From: Nibricoccus sp. | GTDB lineage: Bacteria; Verrucomicrobiota; Verrucomicrobiia; Opitutales; Opitutaceae | Direction: 5' to 3' | Assembly (NCBI GenBank): GCA_047602425.1 | Contig: JASGHG010000001.1 | Location: 2,880,001 to 2,944,000 of the forward strand | DNA length: 64,000 nucleotides | In this document: one piece after another, positions 28,553-37,888 of the stretch | How positions within the stretch are numbered: the stretch's first letter is position 1 | Layout: every line of letters starts with the position of its first letter | Translations under genes and position numbers: made by a program | Notes under the pieces: generated by a model | Seen by the model: only the letters and a program-made list of their open reading frames with translations | What the model was told of the DNA's origin: nothing | Databases searched by the model: none

Positions 28553-30810
28553 AGTGAAGGGAGAAGAAGTAGTTCGGTATGGGCGGTCGTGTTTCTGACT
28601 GTTTGCGGCAAGTATCCCGGGACGCGGATTTCGAGCGGTGGTGGGACGGAGCGCCATTCGCCGGAGACAGCGACGTTCAACCCCGACTCGCGCCGCCCCA
28701 GCCTGACCGTTGCCCGACCGAACGGAGTGAGCGTGGGGCCAAACGACGCCTCGCCTGTGGGCGGTATCCACCGATCCATCACACCGCAACCAATCACAAG
28801 AGACCCATCCTCTTCGCGCACGAAGCAATTCCGGATGATCATCGCCCATTCCGCGGCGGCCCAGATATGCTGCCCGTCGCCCATGCAGCCGCCGAGTGTT
28901 CGCGGGTGGATGGCCTCCGGCCACTGGCCGGTGGGGGAGGCGAGTTGCGCCACGCGGTCGATCGCATCCCAAGCCAGACGGAGATCGCCGGCCCGCAGCC
29001 AGACTTGGGCGAGATGCAAGGTCAGGTAGGCGTTGATTCCGGAATGAATCATGTTTTGGAAAAATCCGCCCGAGTAACTGCTGTGATCGCGCAAATAATC
29101 GGCCGTCGCCAGCAGGCGCGCATCTCCGGGCTGAAACAATTGCAGTGGATAATCCGCCACGAGATTCCCTACCGCGCCGGAATCCATGCGGCGTTTCGGT
29201 GAGGCCGGAATGGCGAGCGGAAAACGACGCTGTGGGCCGCTGGGAAACGACAGCACGACCGTCTCCAGAAATTCATCGGCCTCCAAACGGCATTTCTCAG
29301 CGAGTTCCGCGTTGGTTCTGACGAGGAGTTCGGCGGCGCAACGCAATCCTGCTACGCCCCAAAAGTCGTCCCAGTAATAAAAATCGTTCGGCCCGAGATG
29401 TTCCGCGCTGAACCCCGCCGGCAGCAGCCCGCTTTCAGTCCGGCCTGGCTTGCGTGGAAGACGCTTGCGAGTGATCCACCGTGCGCCTTTCTCCACCGCT
29501 GCCAGCCATTCTTCGGGCAAGGCTTCGCCGCTGAGTTTTGCGAAGCGGTGGTAAATCCAAAGCGCTTCGCCGTTGGAATCCCATTCGCCTTCCTGCGAAA
29601 GAAAATAGCCGTCGTGGCGTTGCCGGGGCGCGAAGCGAGCCAACGCCCGCCGTGTGCGGTGAACGTCGCCCAAGGAAAGAAGCGCATTGAGGATGAACGC
29701 GGCGTCGCGAAACCAAAAACGTTTGTAGGTGAACGGGCCGGGATAGACGTCCTCGGGGGAATGCAGCACCAGATTGGCGCGGGCGGCGTCGTAGAGATGT
29801 TGTATTGAAGCATCCGATACGCTCAATCGGGCGAGCGGCGTGAGCGCGGCCGACCACGAGGGGATTGCGGAGTAGTGGAGACGTTTTTTCGGCTCCAACT
29901 CGTCGGAAATGGGAACGCGCACGCGCAACGTGCCAGCGGTCAATTCGCGCACAGGAAACAACGCCGCCGCGGTCGCCATGCCCACGTGACATTTCACTTC
30001 GCGGGCGTCGTTATCTTCGCGCAACGCACTGGAAACGTCGCCATCCGCATACGTCGACAGCAGCTGACGCGCGGGCGCGCGGTCGAAATTCACGAGATTG
30101 CGCGCATTGATCCGCCACGCCCAGGGCTCGGAGATTACCTCTACCGAATGGATTGGGCTGATGCCCTCGGGATTGTAGGGACGCAAACCAACGACGATAT
30201 GGCCGGCCTCGAATCCCTTGGCGCAAATTTCAATCGAGCACTGTGGTTCGCCATTTTCGAGTTCCAGGAAAACCTGGCTTTCAAGCGTGCCTGCGTCGAC
30301 GGGGACCTCAGTGCTCACGCGAATATCCTCATCAAGCAGCAGCACCTGTTTGCATCCGGCGGATTTTGCGGGAAGCAAAAGTGGACCGCTTTCCGGCAAC
30401 CACCAGAAATCGAGCGACCAGCCGTCGAACAACGGCGTGACCAACCCGCGCGGATCGATCAAGGGGTAAAACGGCACATCCGGCAAACCCACAGCGGTCC
30501 AGTTGCGATGAGTGAGATTGATATGGCTGAACGAAAACGCGCGAGGAATGAACGAGGTGCTCGCGGGATCGAATTGTTGCTCCACCCAATACGGCCACGC
30601 CCAGTCGAGATTGTGTTGAATCGCCTTCGTATTGATCAACCCGCGCGCATGAAACAAAATGCCCGCGCGCAGCAATTCGATCGGCTCGCCGACTTCAGAC
30701 GGTTGGGCGAATCTTCGCAATTTTGCCAGAAACGAAACGGGATCCATTACCCCGTAAGCGCGCGCCATGCGGGTCACCAAAGCTCGGCCAAGCCAGGAAC
30801 GAAAAGCCAT
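28549..30810 (-). CDS. Six-hairpin (alpha/alpha)6 glycoside hydrolase-like protein
   Basis: PGPFTYKRFWFRDAAF, GEWDSNGEALW, AEHLGPNDFYYWDDFWG, GQWPEA, GDGQHIWAAAE. Confidence 0.75.
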   Translation of the reverse strand: MAFRSWLGRALVTRMARAYGVMDPVSFLAKLRRFAQPSEVGEPIELLRAGILFHARGLINTKAIQHNLDWAWPYWVEQQFDPASTSFIPRAFSFSHINLTHRNWTAVGLPDVPFYPLIDPRGLVTPLFDGWSLDFWWLPESGPLLLPAKSAGCKQVLLLDEDIRVSTEVPVDAGTLESQVFLELENGEPQCSIEICAKGFEAGHIVVGLRPYNPEGISPIHSVEVISEPWAWRINARNLVNFDRAPARQLLSTYADGDVSSALREDNDAREVKCHVGMATAAALFPVRELTAGTLRVRVPISDELEPKKRLHYSAIPSWSAALTPLARLSVSDASIQHLYDAARANLVLHSPEDVYPGPFTYKRFWFRDAAFILNALLSLGDVHRTRRALARFAPRQRHDGYFLSQEGEWDSNGEALWIYHRFAKLSGEALPEEWLAAVEKGARWITRKRLPRKPGRTESGLLPAGFSAEHLGPNDFYYWDDFWGVAGLRCAAELLVRTNAELAEKCRLEADEFLETVVLSFPSGPQRRFPLAIPASPKRRMDSGAVGNLVADYPLQLFQPGDARLLATADYLRDHSSYSGGFFQNMIHSGINAYLTLHLAQVWLRAGDLRLAWDAIDRVAQLASPTGQWPEAIHPRTLGGCMGDGQHIWAAAEWAMIIRNCFVREEDGSLVIGCGVMDRWIPPTGEASFGPTLTPFGRATVRLGRRESGLNVAVSGEWRSVPPPLEIRVPGYLPQTVRNTTAHTELLLLPSL

Positions 30811-31178
30811 ATCGCTATTGTCCGCGCCGGCAGACGGAAGTGCCGAAGTATAAAACTGATTAATAATCAACGGAATCCGGATGCCGCATTAGACCATACC
30901 GTAGGAGATTTTCCGATGCGATATGGCGGACGTTGCCCGATTTGCGACCTGACTCGGATTTGGGGACAGCGTGTTAATAAGTTCTCCTCGCCACGAGTCC
31001 GGGAAAGTTGGCATGGTCGACGCTTAGCACGACCGCACCTGCCTTCGTTACGGTCTGGTTAACTCCTACAGCGCGCAGTGATTGCCAGTTGACTGGAGTT
31101 TCCGGGTCGATTGCGTTGCGCAAACACCAAGTCGCCGCCTCCAGCTCCGGCCCTAACTACATCATCTACACTAACACC

Positions 31179-33833
31179 ATGCGCTCCTCCCGCGTACGTA
31201 CGCTTCAACAAGCTGCTGTTGCCCTCGCAATGTTTGCTGTTTCGGCAAGCCTTCAAGGTCAGACCGCGCCTGCCGCCCAACCGGCTTCATCGGAGAACCC
31301 CGACGACGTCGTTACACTCGAAAAACTCGAGATCAAAGAAATGCGTGAGTTTTCTGACCAAGCGATCTCCGGAAAGACGCCTGTTTCCTTCTCGGAAGTC
31401 GGCAAGGACCTGATCGCTTCGCAACTCGGCTCCCGCGACATCCCGCACCTGCTGAATAACACGCCGTCCGTGTATGCCACGGCCGACGGCGGTGGCGCAG
31501 GCGACGCCCGGATCAATGTTCGCGGTTTCAGTCAGCGCAACGTGTCCATCCTGATCAATGGCGTTCCCACCAACGATATTGAGAACGGCTGGCTCTATTG
31601 GTCGAACTGGGACGGCCTCGGTGACGTGACCAGCACGATTCAAATGCAGCGCGGTCTGAGCAACGTCACGCTCCCGACGCCCTCGATCGGCGGCACGATG
31701 AACGTCATCACCGATCCCGCTTCCAGCCGCCGCGGCGGATCTCTCAAATTTGAAGTGGGCAGCGATGATTTCTACAAAGCCACCGCGGTCTACAGCACCG
31801 GTATGCTGGCTGATAAATTTGCCGTCACCGCCGGCTTGGTTGGCAAATCTGGCCAAGGTTACTCGCTCGGCACCTGGACCAGAGGCATGGGCTATTACCT
31901 CGGTTCAACTTGGAAAGTGAGCCAGAAAAACCGTTTGGAATTTTTCCTCGTCGGCGCGCCTCAGGAACACGGTCAGCGCCGTTTCGCGTCGAATATCGCT
32001 GCATACGATGTCGGTTATGCGCGTGAGTTGGGGTACACCGAGACGCAGATCTATAATGTCCCAGTCGGCGGAACGAGTGCGCAACGGACGGCCAACGCGG
32101 GTGCTCTCTACCAAGGCCCTGTGAACAGCGGCCTCGATTTCAACCCGAACTATGCGCCGGTTAGCAAGAGCTACACTGGCCAGCAATACTACTGGGGCGG
32201 TATCCACTCGCGCATGAAAGAGGGCTACCTTAACGAAAGCGTAAACTACTTCCACAAACCGCAAGCCAACGTCAACTGGTACCTAACTATCAATGATGAC
32301 CTAAAGCTCACTTCGGTGTTCTATTATTCCGGTGGTCGTGGCGGTGGTTCTGGTACGCTGAATAACGGTTCCAGCGGCAATGCCTTTGCGCGTTACGCCA
32401 ATACGGATCCTAACTACGGCAGCAATATCAACTGGGACGGCACGATAGCCAGCAACCGTGGCTCGACGAATGCAGTTGGCGGCGCCAAGACCGCCGGGCA
32501 GTCCCTCGGCATTCTCCGAAACAGCGTCAACAACCAGGACCAGTTCGGCGCTGTCTCAAAACTTGCATTTCAGGCCACACCCGAATTGAAACTCACCACC
32601 GGCCTCGACTGGCGCACGGCTACGATTGATCATTTCCGCGAAATCCGTGACCTGCTCGGCGGTGACTACTATCTGCCTACGGCCGCGCAAGCCAGCGAGT
32701 TCTGGTCGACGGGCGCCAACACCCGCTTGGGACTCGGTGACAAGGTCGATTACTTCAACACCAACACCGTCGATTGGCTCGGTCTTTTTGCTCAAGGGCA
32801 ATATGATCGCGATGCGTTCTCCGCATTCGCCGTGTACGGTTTTTCGACGATCAAGTACACCTTTGAGGATCTGTTCCGTCGTGCCAATGCCAGTTCCAAC
32901 GAAACCTATAAGCTCGAACCCGGTTCGATCACCGGGCAACAAATCAAAGGCGGCGTAAACTACGCCTTCACGAAATCCTTTAGCACCTTTGTCAACGCCG
33001 GCTGGGTTTCGAAAGTGCCGATTTATGACGGCGTGATCAACGATATCGTTGGCAAACTTGTGACCAATCCCTCCAACGAAAAATTTACGTCCATCGAAGC
33101 CGGTGTTCGTTGGGAGCCGAACCAACAGCTCAAAGCCACGGCCAGCATTTACCACACGCTCTGGCGCGAGCGCACCATTTCCGTTACCAACGAAACGGCT
33201 GATTCCATCACCTACTTGCGCGGCGTCGGTTCGAATTATTCGGGCTTCGAAGCCGAACTCGCCTACCAGCCTCTCAAATGGGTTCGCTTCGATGGAGCTC
33301 TTTCGATCGGCCAGTGGGTCTACACCAACGACGTGCAGGGCGAAGCCTACTCGATTAGTTCAGGCGCGCAGATCGCCGGCGCGCCCACCTATTACTTGAA
33401 GGATCTCAAGGTCGGCGACGCGCCCCAATCGCAGATCGCCTACGGAGTCACCTTTTATCCCGTGCATGGTTTGAAGATTCGCGCCGAAGGCCGCTGGTAT
33501 GACCGTTACTGGTCGGACTTCACGCCTGAGTCCCGCAACACCACTCTAAACACAGCTGCGCCGCTTCATATCCAGCCTTGGCGTGTTCGCGCCTACACTG
33601 TTTATGATCTGCATATCGACTACGATCTGCCGTTCAGAACCGGCCCGGCCAAATTCCAAGTTTTTGCCCACGTCTTCAACGTGCTGAACAAAAAATACGT
33701 TTCCGACGCGACCGACGAAAGCTCGTTCGAAGCCGTTGGCACCAACCTCGCCGCGCGTCACAGCGCCCAGCGCGCCGAAGTCTTCTTCGGCACGCCGATC
33801 AGCTTCAACACTGGCGTGAAGGTTTCGTTCTAA
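31179..33833 (+). CDS. TonB-dependent outer-membrane receptor
   Basis: Signal peptide; plug INVRGFSQRNVSILINGVP...QMQRG...SIGGTMNVIT; NVLNKKY; C-terminal GVKVSF. Confidence 0.95.
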   Translation: MRSSRVRTLQQAAVALAMFAVSASLQGQTAPAAQPASSENPDDVVTLEKLEIKEMREFSDQAISGKTPVSFSEVGKDLIASQLGSRDIPHLLNNTPSVYATADGGGAGDARINVRGFSQRNVSILINGVPTNDIENGWLYWSNWDGLGDVTSTIQMQRGLSNVTLPTPSIGGTMNVITDPASSRRGGSLKFEVGSDDFYKATAVYSTGMLADKFAVTAGLVGKSGQGYSLGTWTRGMGYYLGSTWKVSQKNRLEFFLVGAPQEHGQRRFASNIAAYDVGYARELGYTETQIYNVPVGGTSAQRTANAGALYQGPVNSGLDFNPNYAPVSKSYTGQQYYWGGIHSRMKEGYLNESVNYFHKPQANVNWYLTINDDLKLTSVFYYSGGRGGGSGTLNNGSSGNAFARYANTDPNYGSNINWDGTIASNRGSTNAVGGAKTAGQSLGILRNSVNNQDQFGAVSKLAFQATPELKLTTGLDWRTATIDHFREIRDLLGGDYYLPTAAQASEFWSTGANTRLGLGDKVDYFNTNTVDWLGLFAQGQYDRDAFSAFAVYGFSTIKYTFEDLFRRANASSNETYKLEPGSITGQQIKGGVNYAFTKSFSTFVNAGWVSKVPIYDGVINDIVGKLVTNPSNEKFTSIEAGVRWEPNQQLKATASIYHTLWRERTISVTNETADSITYLRGVGSNYSGFEAELAYQPLKWVRFDGALSIGQWVYTNDVQGEAYSISSGAQIAGAPTYYLKDLKVGDAPQSQIAYGVTFYPVHGLKIRAEGRWYDRYWSDFTPESRNTTLNTAAPLHIQPWRVRAYTVYDLHIDYDLPFRTGPAKFQVFAHVFNVLNKKYVSDATDESSFEAVGTNLAARHSAQRAEVFFGTPISFNTGVKVSF

Positions 33834-33854
33834 GATAACACGCGTTTTTCACCG

Positions 33855-33885
33855 GGCGGCTCCGTCAAACGGAGCCGCCTTTTTT
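33855..33885 (+). terminator. Rho-independent terminator after the receptor gene
   Basis: GGCGGCTCCGT-caa-ACGGAGCCGCC-TTTTTT. Confidence 0.9.
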
Positions 33886-34095
33886 GTGTATTTTGAAGTC
33901 GAATACGCTTTCGAGATTCGGGCAAAACCAAGCGCCAGAACTAGGGAACGATTGCAAAAAGTCCGGGCACTTTACCGTGGCCGGTTGAACTTAGCAAAAC
34001 ACCCGGAGAAGAGTGTGGCGATGAGCTTGGCGTTGCCGAAGTAGGTTTCTCGCCATGCTCGACACGGGCGCCAGGCACGCGGCGGTGGGCTGAAC

Positions 34096-34161
34096 TGGAG
34101 GGCCGACTTCCACGTCCGCCGGCCTGCGCGACCAAGAGCCGATGCGGAAACCAGCTCTCCA
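34096..34161. repeat. REP-like inverted doublet
   Basis: TGGAGGGCCGACTTCCACGTCCGCC (internally palindromic) and a degenerate inverted copy GCCGATGCGGAAACCAGCTCTCCA; mismatches are mostly transitions. Confidence 0.5.
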
Positions 34162-34518
34162 CCCGAACCAACCAACGGGCTGCTAGAGTATGTTGATTGG
34201 TTGTAGTTTCGCCGCCGGAGTCTTCGCCATGTGGATTGCATCATTTTTGTGGTTAAACGATGCGCGCGGAGGCGATTTTAGATTTTTTTGGAGCTGACTG
34301 GGGACCGAAGGCGGCGGCAGATTTTGTGCGAAATCTGTCCACAGCCTGTGAGCAAATTCCAATAACTGCGGCTTGAGCCGGGCCGCCTGCAGCGTTGTCG
34401 TCAGAGCTTCGTTTTTACACCGCTTTCCCGGTGTAAAAACCGGCCGTCCTAGGGCAGAAACGCGTCAAAATAAAATTAGGGTAAAATCGCTTTATTAAAT
34501 AGTTTTATAAGTAGACAA

Positions 34519-34566
34519 CCACTACCGGTAGTGGTTGACAGGGGTGGCCACCACAAGCCCTAGTGG
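34519..34566 (+). promoter_or_regulatory. Tandem NrdR boxes upstream of nrdJ
   Basis: CCACTACCGGTAGTGG (34519-34534) and CCACAAGCCCTAGTGG (34551-34566) match the conserved CwA-N4-TwG core of acaCwAtATaTwGtgt; 32 bp apart; TTGACA lies between them. Confidence 0.78.
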
Positions 34567-34604
34567 CAGCCCGTTTTCGTAACTGAGGAGCAACTATTAT
34601 CACC

Positions 34605-36695
34605 ATGACCGCCTTCGCTACCCCCGCATCTCGTCCCGTTTCCCATCGTCAGAACGGTCTTCAAGACTACATCGCCATCTCGAAATATGCTCGTTACAAC
34701 CCCGCCAAGCGTCGTCGCGAAACCTGGTCGGAGGCCGTCGCCCGCGTGCGTGATATGCACCTCACGCATTTCAAGGACGCGTCGCTCAAAGACGTGGCCC
34801 GCGACCTGATCGCGAAGGGCGAAGTTTCAGCGGAAACCGTCGCACTGGCCGGTGAACTCGGCTCGTTGCACGGCGGAATTTTCTCGGCGTTTGCCGGTGT
34901 CGACAACAAAGAGGTGCTGCCTTCAATGCGCAGCCTTCAGTTCGGCGGCGAGGCGATCCTCTCCAAACACACGCGCATCTATAATTGCGCTTTCACGCAC
35001 ATCGACCGTCTCGAAGCGTTTCGCGAAAGTTTCTATCTTTTGCTCTGCGGTTGCGGCGTCGGTTTCTCCGTTCAACGCCAGCACATCGACCGCCTGCCGG
35101 CTCTTGCCGTTCAAAACAAATCCCTTCCGGTTGAGACCCATGTTGTCGCCGACACGATCGAAGGCTGGGCCGATTCGATGCACGCGCTCTTCCTCGCCGC
35201 AGTCGAAGGCCGTCGCGTTCAATTCGATTTCAGTCTCATTCGTCCCGCTGGTTCGCCGCTGCGCACTTCTGGTGGCAAAGCTCCTGGCGCCGAACCGCTG
35301 ATGCACGCGCTCAAACATATCGAGGCCATCCTCGACAAGGCCGCTGGCCGCAAGATGCGCTCGATCGAAGCCTACGATTGCATCATGTGGGCTGCGAAGG
35401 CCGTGCTTTCCGGTGGTATCCGCCGCTCCGCGACGATTTGCCTTTTCTCCGCCGACGACGTCGAGATGACCAATGCCAAAACTGGCAGCTGGTTCGACAC
35501 CAACCCGCAGCGCGCCGCGAGCAACAACTCCGCAGTCATTGTTCGCAGCAAGGCCAGCCGCGAAGATTTCGACCGCCTTTTCGAAGCGCAAAAACAATTC
35601 GGCGAGCCCGGTTTCTACTTCGTCGAAGATCCTGAACACGGCTCGAATCCTTGCGTCGAGATTGGTCTCAATCCTCGTGTCAATCTCGACCAGGAATCGA
35701 TCGCGCGTCTCCGCGAACTCGGTTATCAGGGTGAGCTCAAGGAAGGCGAAACCGTTTCCGGTTTCCAATTCTGCAATCTCACGACGCTTTCCGCCGCTGT
35801 CGCGGAAACTCCTGAGAAGTTCTATAAGCTCTGCGCCAAGGCCGCGCTCATCGGCACGCTTCAAGCCGGTTACACGAACTTCAATTACCTTTCGCCGGTC
35901 GCCCGCTACGTCACGGAACGCGAAGCGCTCCTCGGCGTGTCGATCTGCGGCATCCTTGACCGTCCGGACGTTCTCCTGAATCCCGACGTGCTCCGTCAGG
36001 CCGCCGAGGTCGTGAAAACCGTCAACCTCATCGTCGCAAAAGCCATAGGCATCCGCCCGGCTGCGCGCACGACCTGCGTGAAGCCCGAGGGCACCGCCAG
36101 TTTGCTCCTAGGCACCAGTTCGGGCCTGCACCCGCACCACTCCGTGCGCTACTTCCGCCGCGTGCAGACCAATATCTACGATCCGATCTACAAGCATTTC
36201 AAGAAGGCCAACGAGCACATGTGCGAGGTCAGTATCTACGATCCGCACAAGCGCACGGAAATGATCACCTTCCCCGTCGAAGGCCCGGCCTTTGGCATCT
36301 ATCGCGAAGATGTTTCCGCGCTCCAACATCTCGACTACATTCGCACCGTGCAAACGCACTGGGTCATGGCGGGTCGTCGTCACGAGGACTTCTCGCCCGG
36401 TCTGCATCACAACGTTTCCTGCACCGTCACGGTTCGCCGCGACGAATGGAACGATGTCGCCGACTATATCTGGAACAATCGCTCGACCTTCACCGGTATC
36501 GCGCTGCTCCAGGACAGCGGTGACAAAGCCTACGCTCAGGCCCCCCGCGAATCCGTGGCCTCGCCTGAAGACATCGAGAAATGGAATACTTTGACCTACA
36601 AGCCGGTTGACTACACCGAACTGTGTGAGGACGAAGACATCACCGAGCTCAAGCAAGTCGCAGCCTGTGCCGGCGGCGCCTGCGAACTCGTGTGA
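34605..36695 (+). CDS. nrdJ: Class II (adenosylcobalamin-dependent) ribonucleotide reductase, monomeric RTPR type
   Basis: RRETW, LPSMRSLQFGG, YNCAF, GCGVGFSV, GIRRSA, NPCVEI, FCNLT, TCVKPEGT, C-terminal CAGGACEL. Confidence 0.93.
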   Translation: MTAFATPASRPVSHRQNGLQDYIAISKYARYNPAKRRRETWSEAVARVRDMHLTHFKDASLKDVARDLIAKGEVSAETVALAGELGSLHGGIFSAFAGVDNKEVLPSMRSLQFGGEAILSKHTRIYNCAFTHIDRLEAFRESFYLLLCGCGVGFSVQRQHIDRLPALAVQNKSLPVETHVVADTIEGWADSMHALFLAAVEGRRVQFDFSLIRPAGSPLRTSGGKAPGAEPLMHALKHIEAILDKAAGRKMRSIEAYDCIMWAAKAVLSGGIRRSATICLFSADDVEMTNAKTGSWFDTNPQRAASNNSAVIVRSKASREDFDRLFEAQKQFGEPGFYFVEDPEHGSNPCVEIGLNPRVNLDQESIARLRELGYQGELKEGETVSGFQFCNLTTLSAAVAETPEKFYKLCAKAALIGTLQAGYTNFNYLSPVARYVTEREALLGVSICGILDRPDVLLNPDVLRQAAEVVKTVNLIVAKAIGIRPAARTTCVKPEGTASLLLGTSSGLHPHHSVRYFRRVQTNIYDPIYKHFKKANEHMCEVSIYDPHKRTEMITFPVEGPAFGIYREDVSALQHLDYIRTVQTHWVMAGRRHEDFSPGLHHNVSCTVTVRRDEWNDVADYIWNNRSTFTGIALLQDSGDKAYAQAPRESVASPEDIEKWNTLTYKPVDYTELCEDEDITELKQVAACAGGACELV

Positions 36696-36739
36696 ACGCG
36701 GCCCGTCGCCCGACGGGTGTCAGCTCGATAATAGCGAAC

Positions 36740-36774
36740 GAAGCGCGGTTTTCAGACCGCGCTTCTTCGTTTTT
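36740..36774 (+). terminator. Hairpin terminator after nrdJ
   Basis: GAAGCGCGGT-tttcag-ACCGCGCTTC followed by a T-rich run. Confidence 0.65.
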
Positions 36775-36819
36775 GGAGCGGTGACGTGCTTCTCTTTTGG
36801 AGAAATGAGCCGCTCTAGA

Positions 36820-37242
36820 TCACTCCCCGGCCCAGTGGATCTTCAATGGCTTCTCGATCGACGGGTGCAAGCTGCGACCAACGGGGCACGAACTACTCAT
36901 TTGTTCTAAAAGATTCACAAGTTCGGCCGGCAACGCATGGCGCGGCGTAGACAGCCAGACTTGAACAGGCAGGCCGACGATGCGTCGTGGTGTGTCGGAC
37001 GACATGATTTTGGTGACCTCAAACCGCGCACCATTCAACTCATGACCATGTTTTCGGGCGACGAGTGCCATTGTGGTAAGAATACAGGTGCCAAGCGAGG
37101 TGGCGGTGAGGTCGGTTGGGGAGAACGCCTCGCCGCGTCCTTGATTGTCTTTTGGCGCGTCGGTGACGAGCGAGTTGGAGGACGGAGTATGGATGGCGAC
37201 GCAATGGAGATCGCCTTGGTATTCGCCTGTGATTTTGACCAT
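36820..37242 (-). CDS. OsmC family protein
   Basis: TDAPKDNQGRGEAFSPTDL...LGTCILTTM...CPVGRSLHP. Confidence 0.92.
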   Translation of the reverse strand: MVKITGEYQGDLHCVAIHTPSSNSLVTDAPKDNQGRGEAFSPTDLTATSLGTCILTTMALVARKHGHELNGARFEVTKIMSSDTPRRIVGLPVQVWLSTPRHALPAELVNLLEQMSSSCPVGRSLHPSIEKPLKIHWAGE

Positions 37243-37396
37243 GGTAAGAGGGGATTGCGGGAGATTGTGGCGCTGCATTTACGCACCTGAATGTGGGGAC
37301 TTCAAGCAGCCCACGCCGGTGTGCTTAAAAAACGACGCCGCACCGAGCAACGTTCTGCTTGCCGCCGGCCGGGTGGGCTGCGATGACGTTTCGCCT

Positions 37397-37726
37397 ATGG
37401 CCAAACTTCCTGAACAATTCGCCGGCGTGACCGTCGTCACAAAGGCCAACGTCTACTTTGACGGCAAAGTCGTCAGCCACTCGGTGATTTTTGCCGACAG
37501 CTCCAAAAAAACCCTGGGGCTGATCTATCCCGGCTCGTATCACTTCGGCACGGGCGCTCCTGAACGCATGGAGATTGTCGCTGGTTCGTGCAAAGTGACG
37601 CTCGACGGCCAGACTGCGGTCAAGACCTACAATGCTGGGGAATTTTTCGACGTCCCCGGCAAAAGCGGTTTCACCATCGAAGTCGCCAGTGGCCTCTGCG
37701 AGTACATCTGCTCGTTTTTGAGCTGA
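37397..37726 (+). CDS. ppnP: Pyrimidine/purine nucleoside phosphorylase (DUF1255/YaiE)
   Basis: ANVYFDGKVVS, KTLGLIYPG-x-YHFGTGAPERMEI, FDVPGKSGF, YICSF. Confidence 0.92.
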   Translation: MAKLPEQFAGVTVVTKANVYFDGKVVSHSVIFADSSKKTLGLIYPGSYHFGTGAPERMEIVAGSCKVTLDGQTAVKTYNAGEFFDVPGKSGFTIEVASGLCEYICSFLS

Positions 37727-37799
37727 GCGGCTTTCTGGGGTAGGGCGGATTCCGCCCGGTCAATGCAAGAGCATGACCCTGCCTTGGTGCACTTCTGAG

Positions 37800-37864
37800 A
37801 CGGGCGCCTTTCACGGCGTCCGTTTTTTTTGTGTACAAAAAAGGCGCGCTGGATCGGCGCGCCT
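37800..37864. terminator. Back-to-back terminators between convergent ppnP and yebC
   Basis: ACGGGCGCC-tttcac-GGCGTCCGT plus T-run (+); A-run plus GGCGCGC-tggatcg-GCGCGCC (-). Confidence 0.8.
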
Positions 37865-37888
37865 GAAAATTAACTTTGGGCGGAAGGT

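Noticed and set aside
30870..31178. Cobalamin/TPP riboswitch or sigma-54 promoter before the TonB receptor
   Set aside because: No B12-box or TPP core was seen. TGGCATGGTCGACGC has GG-N10-GC spacing but lacks the TTGC element.
33890..34600. Possible replication origin
   Set aside because: DnaA-like boxes are all imperfect, there is no dnaA/dnaN, and no strand-composition switch is obvious by eye. The nrdJ promoter explains the AT-rich tract.
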